A stretch of 64,000 nt of DNA. It comes from Christensenellaceae bacterium. GTDB lineage: Bacteria > Bacillota > Clostridia > Christensenellales > Borkfalkiaceae. Below, in pieces: positions 60,275 through 64,000 of this stretch. The stretch is taken from the NCBI GenBank assembly GCA_045654125.1, contig JAZOMU010000017.1, forward strand, positions 1,672 to 65,671, given 5' to 3'. Made by a program: the position numbers and the translations under genes. The stretch's first letter is position 1; every line of letters starts with the position of its first letter. The notes below the pieces were generated by a model, which saw only the letters and a list, made by a program, of their open reading frames with translations, ran no database searches and was not told the origin of the DNA.

Positions 60275-60540
60275 GCCGTGCTATGTGGGGAGTTAGCGAT
60301 GCCCTGTTATCCACAATTCGCTCAGTGGAGCAGAAAGCCCTTTTAGGCTTGCGCCGTGGAAGGCTGCGCACGATAAGGGACGTTGATATCAAGGTCTTAT
60401 GCAACGAGCCCCTGCGAACCGTGTCAGAGCAGGAATGCAGCAGCACTAAACAGATTTGCTCGTGTGCCATAAGGTTGCTTTGGTGGAGTTACCTGTCGCG
60501 CTTACGCTTCGGCAGTGTTTGTCGAAATCGGATGCACGGT
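60275..60540 (+). ncRNA. ffs: Signal recognition particle RNA, long Bacillus/scRNA type with Alu domain
   Basis: GC-rich island. 5' GCCGTGCTATGTGGGGAGTTAGCGATGCCCTGT and 3' GGATGCACGGT parallel my recollection of B. subtilis scRNA ends. Domain IV core GTCAGAGCAGGAATGCAGCAGC...CGTGTGCCATAAGGTTGC parallels E. coli 4.5S GTCAGGTCCGGAAGGAAGCAGC...GTGTGCCGGGATGTAGC. Followed by T6. Confidence 0.9.
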
Positions 60541-60552
60541 TTTTTTGTAAAT

Positions 60553-60588
60553 AAAACGGCGAACTTTTGTTCGCCGTTTTGTATTTTT
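60553..60588. terminator. Intrinsic terminator (shared by ffs and the convergent nucleotidyltransferase gene)
   Basis: AAAACGGCGAAC/GTTCGCCGTTTT 12-bp stem followed by a T-run. Confidence 0.7.
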
Positions 60589-60600
60589 ATCGCTTATTTT

Positions 60601-61770
60601 CTAATCCCAAAGTTTTAGATTTTTCATCATGTTTTCACGGTTTTTTATCCTTTCATTTGAAAGGTTTTTTATCCCTTTAAGCTCTTTTACAGAACGCTTT
60701 ACCCCACCACAAAATAAAAGCTTAAACCAACGCTTTACTTGATAAAACGGGAGTAGCCACTTGTGTTTTTTTAGCACAGGATAATGATTTTTAATAACAT
60801 CATAACTTAAAAAAACCCTGCTCAATGCATAACGGAATTTTCCACCCTTTTTGCTTTGGTTTGCTATAACGTTATTTTCAATAGTTCCTAACATACCAGC
60901 ATCTAAAACGTATTCTTCCATTTGCATTGTAACTTGGTCGTGTTCAGCGTTATTTAGCCACACGCTAGCAAGTTTTTTAGCCTTTTCGCAAAATACCGTA
61001 AGCCCACCTTGTTCTATAAGCGCTGAGCGTTTCTCTTGGTTACAATCCTTTACATCATCTAATAATTTTAAGTCTATAAATGGGCGAACACCACACCCCG
61101 ATACGCTAAAATGCTTAGCCAAGTGCGTTACGTGATAAAAGTAGTACATTTCATCTGGCATTCGTTTGCAGTAAGCATATCCATCTCTTTCCATTGCCGT
61201 TTGCCAAACGGTTTTAAGAAGTTGGTTAGCTAATTGGTTAGTATTTTCCCCTTCTAACGCCGTGTGCAATTCTAAGCGTATATTCCCTGGTGTATCTAGA
61301 GAAATTTCGTAGTCAAAGCACTTAACATATTTACAGCCATACTCTTCGGTTAAAATTTTAATTGCGCGCTCACTATCTTCTTCTTTAATCAAAATATCTA
61401 TATCGCAACTTGTTCTCAACCACGGCTGTGGATAAAGCGAGCGAATAACCGAGCCTTTTAATGGAATGTTCAAAATTTTATGCTTTTCGAACAATTCTAC
61501 AGCCTTATTCAGCTCGTAATTGATGTTTTCGTAACGGAATACTGCTATGCTTTGCTCTTGCAAAAATTTTTGGTGAACTTTATTGTCTTTTTGAATTAGT
61601 GCGTTTTGATTTAACGCATAAGCTAAAATAGGCGCTAGGTCGTGTTTTTTTGCCAATACGAAAAGCGCGCTAATATCTTCATTAGTAACGCATTTTTTAG
61701 CTTCGTTTGAAAGGGTTTCCCCTTTTATCGTATATCTAAGTAATTCAAAAAAAAGTTTTTTCGTTTCCAT
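60601..61770 (-). CDS. Uncharacterised nucleotidyltransferase family protein (NTP_transf_5 / PF14907-like)
   Basis: 389 aa. Helical N-domain (DLAPILAYAL), SCDIDILIKEED nucleotidyltransferase-like motif. Family assignment from memory. Confidence 0.55.
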   Translation of the reverse strand: METKKLFFELLRYTIKGETLSNEAKKCVTNEDISALFVLAKKHDLAPILAYALNQNALIQKDNKVHQKFLQEQSIAVFRYENINYELNKAVELFEKHKILNIPLKGSVIRSLYPQPWLRTSCDIDILIKEEDSERAIKILTEEYGCKYVKCFDYEISLDTPGNIRLELHTALEGENTNQLANQLLKTVWQTAMERDGYAYCKRMPDEMYYFYHVTHLAKHFSVSGCGVRPFIDLKLLDDVKDCNQEKRSALIEQGGLTVFCEKAKKLASVWLNNAEHDQVTMQMEEYVLDAGMLGTIENNVIANQSKKGGKFRYALSRVFLSYDVIKNHYPVLKKHKWLLPFYQVKRWFKLLFCGGVKRSVKELKGIKNLSNERIKNRENMMKNLKLWD

Positions 61771-61778
61771 CGCCTTTC

Positions 61779-61807
61779 ATTATATTACATCTTTAAAAAA
61801 TAGTCAA
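61779..61807 (-). promoter_or_regulatory. Consensus promoter (TTGACT-17-TATAAT)
   Basis: Reverse complement: TTGACT 61802-61807, TATAAT 61779-61784. Confidence 0.55.
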
Positions 61808-61831
61808 TCTTTTTGTTAAAATAGCGTGTTT

Positions 61832-61864
61832 CAAAAGCAAACGGGCGCATTTTGCGCCCGTTTG
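61832..61864 (-). terminator. Intrinsic terminator after the ferritin-like gene
   Basis: CAAACGGGCGC/GCGCCCGTTTG 11-bp stem followed by CTTTTG on the minus strand. Confidence 0.6.
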
Positions 61865-61891
61865 TTGCGTTAAAGGAGAGAAATTTAGCTG

Positions 61892-63181
61892 TTAATCATT
61901 ACAATAAAAGCTGGTAGAAGGTGCAGCGTTTGGCTTTCTGCCAACCGAAGTGTTATCTTCCCTGCGATTTCTAAGCTCAGGGACAGGACTTTGCGCAACT
62001 TGGTATCGATAATCCATTCCACGACGGCGAATGGACATATCTATTACGTTATGCGACGGTACAATCTCTATGCTTGGATTTATAACGTTCTGATGACGGA
62101 AAAAATCTGAATCGGTTGGCAATTCGTTTACTTTTAAGTAGTTTTCTTTTACCGAAGTAAACTGCACGGTGTCGCCCAAAATTTTACGCACGTATTCAAT
62201 ATTTTCATGTAGGCAAATAGGCGCTGGAAATTCCCCGTCAGCTATTACAGATTGCCACTCTTTACCTTCGTATTTTTGTAGTAATTCTACTGCTTTATGT
62301 AGGTGAGCAATTTCAAACGATAGGTTTTCTTCCCAAAGATTTTTAATATACGGGTCAGTTTCGGTCATATAGCAAGACCAATATAAATAGCACTCGCAGT
62401 ACTCGTGCCACAACAGCATTTCTAACCAAGAAGCCGTGCTATCCATAAGCGATTCATACTGGGTAACGTGCTCTTCTTCTACCATTGCAATTTCCATGTA
62501 GAGTTTTCTACCCATGTCAGATTTTGCAAAGTTTGTAACGTTCATATAGTAGTTCATCGTTTGTTGTTCAGCAGCAGTGATAATCATAGTATTAAGCACA
62601 GTTTGAACGTCTGATGTTTTGGCATTTATATTGCGCTTAACGTTATCAATTGGGAATCTATGATGGGATATAGTTGGTCTACCCGGCATAATTTCTGTAT
62701 ACCTACCAACCAAGTATTCAGCAAATACGCCTTGTTCCATTTCTAAAAGATTAGCGTATCGATATAAGTGGTCAAAGTCTTCAAGTAAAGCAAAATCTAG
62801 CGCGTTTTTAACGTAACAATCTAGTTCACGCTTAGCTAGTTCTGCAGTTAGGTCCACGGCAAGTTGCTCGTAGCCGATAGTGTGCTCTAAAATACTTTCA
62901 TCGGCAGGCTTAAGCAGTGAGTTTTTAATTTGCTGTTGCTTTTCTATAAAGCGTGTTAAGGCAAGCTCACGGCGCAAATCGTTGTTATCCGTGTGCCTTG
63001 CGAAATTGTGAGAAAACCAGTTAGCTTCAAACTCAGTGCCGTTCATTAGTATAATACGCGTTTTAGTATAAGGGTCAACTTCTCTTTTGTTGTAAGGCTT
63101 TGGGTATAGCTGTTGCCAATTTTGTATTGACTTTTCTATTGACCTTGGGCGCTCTTTAAAAGGGTTCATTGAAGAATTCAT
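61892..63181 (-). CDS. Ferritin-like (putative diiron four-helix-bundle) protein, 429 aa, uncharacterised
   Basis: Carboxylate/His motifs AAEQQ...MVEEEHVTQYE...WHEYCE...SFEIAHLH in the C-terminal half, plus a degenerate set (EHTIGYEQLAVD...LEDFDHLY) in the N-terminal half. GGAG SD. Confidence 0.6.
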   Translation of the reverse strand: MNSSMNPFKERPRSIEKSIQNWQQLYPKPYNKREVDPYTKTRIILMNGTEFEANWFSHNFARHTDNNDLRRELALTRFIEKQQQIKNSLLKPADESILEHTIGYEQLAVDLTAELAKRELDCYVKNALDFALLEDFDHLYRYANLLEMEQGVFAEYLVGRYTEIMPGRPTISHHRFPIDNVKRNINAKTSDVQTVLNTMIITAAEQQTMNYYMNVTNFAKSDMGRKLYMEIAMVEEEHVTQYESLMDSTASWLEMLLWHEYCECYLYWSCYMTETDPYIKNLWEENLSFEIAHLHKAVELLQKYEGKEWQSVIADGEFPAPICLHENIEYVRKILGDTVQFTSVKENYLKVNELPTDSDFFRHQNVINPSIEIVPSHNVIDMSIRRRGMDYRYQVAQSPVPELRNRREDNTSVGRKPNAAPSTSFYCND

Positions 63182-63242
63182 TGCTTACTCCTATAATTTT
63201 TTGTTTTCCTTTTTCAAGATATGCTGTTTGTGCTTTTTTTGT

Positions 63243-63287
63243 TATAAAATAAAATACCCACGCGAGCAAAATTGCTCGCGCAGGTAT
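63243..63287 (-). terminator. Intrinsic terminator after rubredoxin
   Basis: CGCGAGCA/TGCTCGCG core extended by ATACC/GGTAT, followed by TTTATTTT on the minus strand. Confidence 0.65.
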
Positions 63288-63349
63288 TATATATGGTTAC
63301 TAAAAGTGTGATTTATTTTATACAACTTTTACAATGTAACAATGCTTTA

Positions 63350-63481
63350 TTATTCAGCTTCAAACTCATCTTTACCTACTGCACATAATGGGCAGGCATA
63401 GTCTTCGTTAAGTTCAGAAAAAAGCGCTCCTTCAGCATCTTCATCGTAAACATATCCACAAACTTTACAAACGTATTTCAT
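63350..63481 (-). CDS. Rubredoxin (short, 43 aa)
   Basis: Not in ORF track. Hand translation [43 protein letters not shown] with CxxCG...CPxCG motifs. AGGAG SD. Confidence 0.9.
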   Translation of the reverse strand: MKYVCKVCGYVYDEDAEGALFSELNEDYACPLCAVGKDEFEAE

Positions 63482-63490
63482 AGTTATCTC

Positions 63491-64000
63491 CTATTTGAAA
63501 TATCTCTTGAGCAAGCCTTCAAACGCTTTGCCGTGGCGTGCTTCGTCACGTGCCATTTCGTGAACGGTATCGTGAATTGCATCAAGGTTCATAGCTTTTG
63601 CTTTTTTAGCAAGTTCTACCTTACCTGCAGTTGCGCCGTTTTCAGCATCTACTCTAAGTTCAAGGTTTTTCTTGGTTGAATCGGTTACAACTTCGCCTAA
63701 AAGTTCAGCGAATTTTGCTGCGTGTTCAGCTTCTTCCCATGCTGCCTTTTCATAATAAAGACCGATTTCGGGATAACCTTCTCTATGCGCAACTCTTGCC
63801 ATTGCTAAATACATACCAACTTCAGTACATTCACCGGTAAAGTTCATTCTTAAACCTTCAATAATTTCAGGGTCAACACCTTTTGCAACACCGATAACGT
63901 GTTCAGCAGCCCAAGTTAAACCATCAGTTGCTTGCTCGTTAAATTTTGAAGCAGGGGCGTTACAGGTTGGGCATTTAGCAGGCGCAGAATCGCCCTCATG
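63491..64000 (-). CDS. Reverse rubrerythrin (N-terminal rubredoxin-like domain, C-terminal diiron domain); N-terminus beyond the window
   Basis: The reading frame stays open upstream of the ORF-track Met to the window edge: [23 protein letters not shown]... (second CxxC of a rubredoxin-like domain). Then [33 protein letters not shown] diiron motifs. Confidence 0.85.
   Translation of the reverse strand, partial: HEGDSAPAKCPTCNAPASKFNEQATDGLTWAAEHVIGVAKGVDPEIIEGLRMNFTGECTEVGMYLAMARVAHREGYPEIGLYYEKAAWEEAEHAAKFAELLGEVVTDSTKKNLELRVDAENGATAGKVELAKKAKAMNLDAIHDTVHEMARDEARHGKAFEGLLKRYFK

Noticed and set aside
60249-60618. ORF-track ORFs 60249-60470 (minus, 73 aa) and 60283-60618 (plus, 111 aa)
   Set aside because: They lie on the SRP RNA gene. 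Their open frames come from the GC-rich structured RNA. They have no SD and no protein-like composition.
1-64000. Search for mobile elements, prophage, defence islands, tRNA/rRNA genes and recoded stop codons
   Set aside because: I recognised no transposase, integrase, restriction, toxin-like or Cas-like proteins. I saw no tRNA-like GTTCGAATC-type arms. All housekeeping genes are intact under the standard code.

Overview
AT-rich Firmicutes/Clostridia-like chromosomal segment made up almost entirely of core housekeeping genes. I found no transposase, integrase, phage gene, CRISPR array, tRNA or rRNA. The centre of the window (30747-46509, minus strand) is a complete, uninterrupted S10-spc-alpha ribosomal protein cluster. 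It includes secY, adk, map, infA, rpmJ (missed by the ORF track because it is under 60 aa), rpoA and rplQ. Upstream of it lie tig-clpP-clpX, then rqcH and pseudouridine synthase genes. Other content: secA (partial, absent from the ORF track because it has no stop in the window), comFC, metK, a TetR-controlled heterodimeric ABC exporter, purC, typA, dtd, glnA, proA, a type-2 ileS operon, and a Bacillus-type long SRP RNA at 60275-60540 that the ORF track covers with two spurious ORFs. A reverse-rubrerythrin/rubredoxin oxidative-stress cluster sits at the right edge. The ORF track accepts TTG/GTG starts and often over-extends N-termini into promoters or terminators. I corrected starts where an SD sequence plus a conserved N-terminus supported it. 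Nothing here looks like a defence island. The best candidate for an uncharacterised system is a tightly coupled operon at 22676-26656: an internally duplicated DUF1538-like membrane protein, a tandem PII-like protein, a soluble Ser/His S26B-like peptidase and proA. Secondary leads are a 429-aa ferritin-like protein next to rubredoxin/reverse rubrerythrin, a terminator-containing leader upstream of rpsJ, and a four-cysteine (zinc-ribbon-like) L24. All family assignments come from motif recognition by eye, not from database searches.
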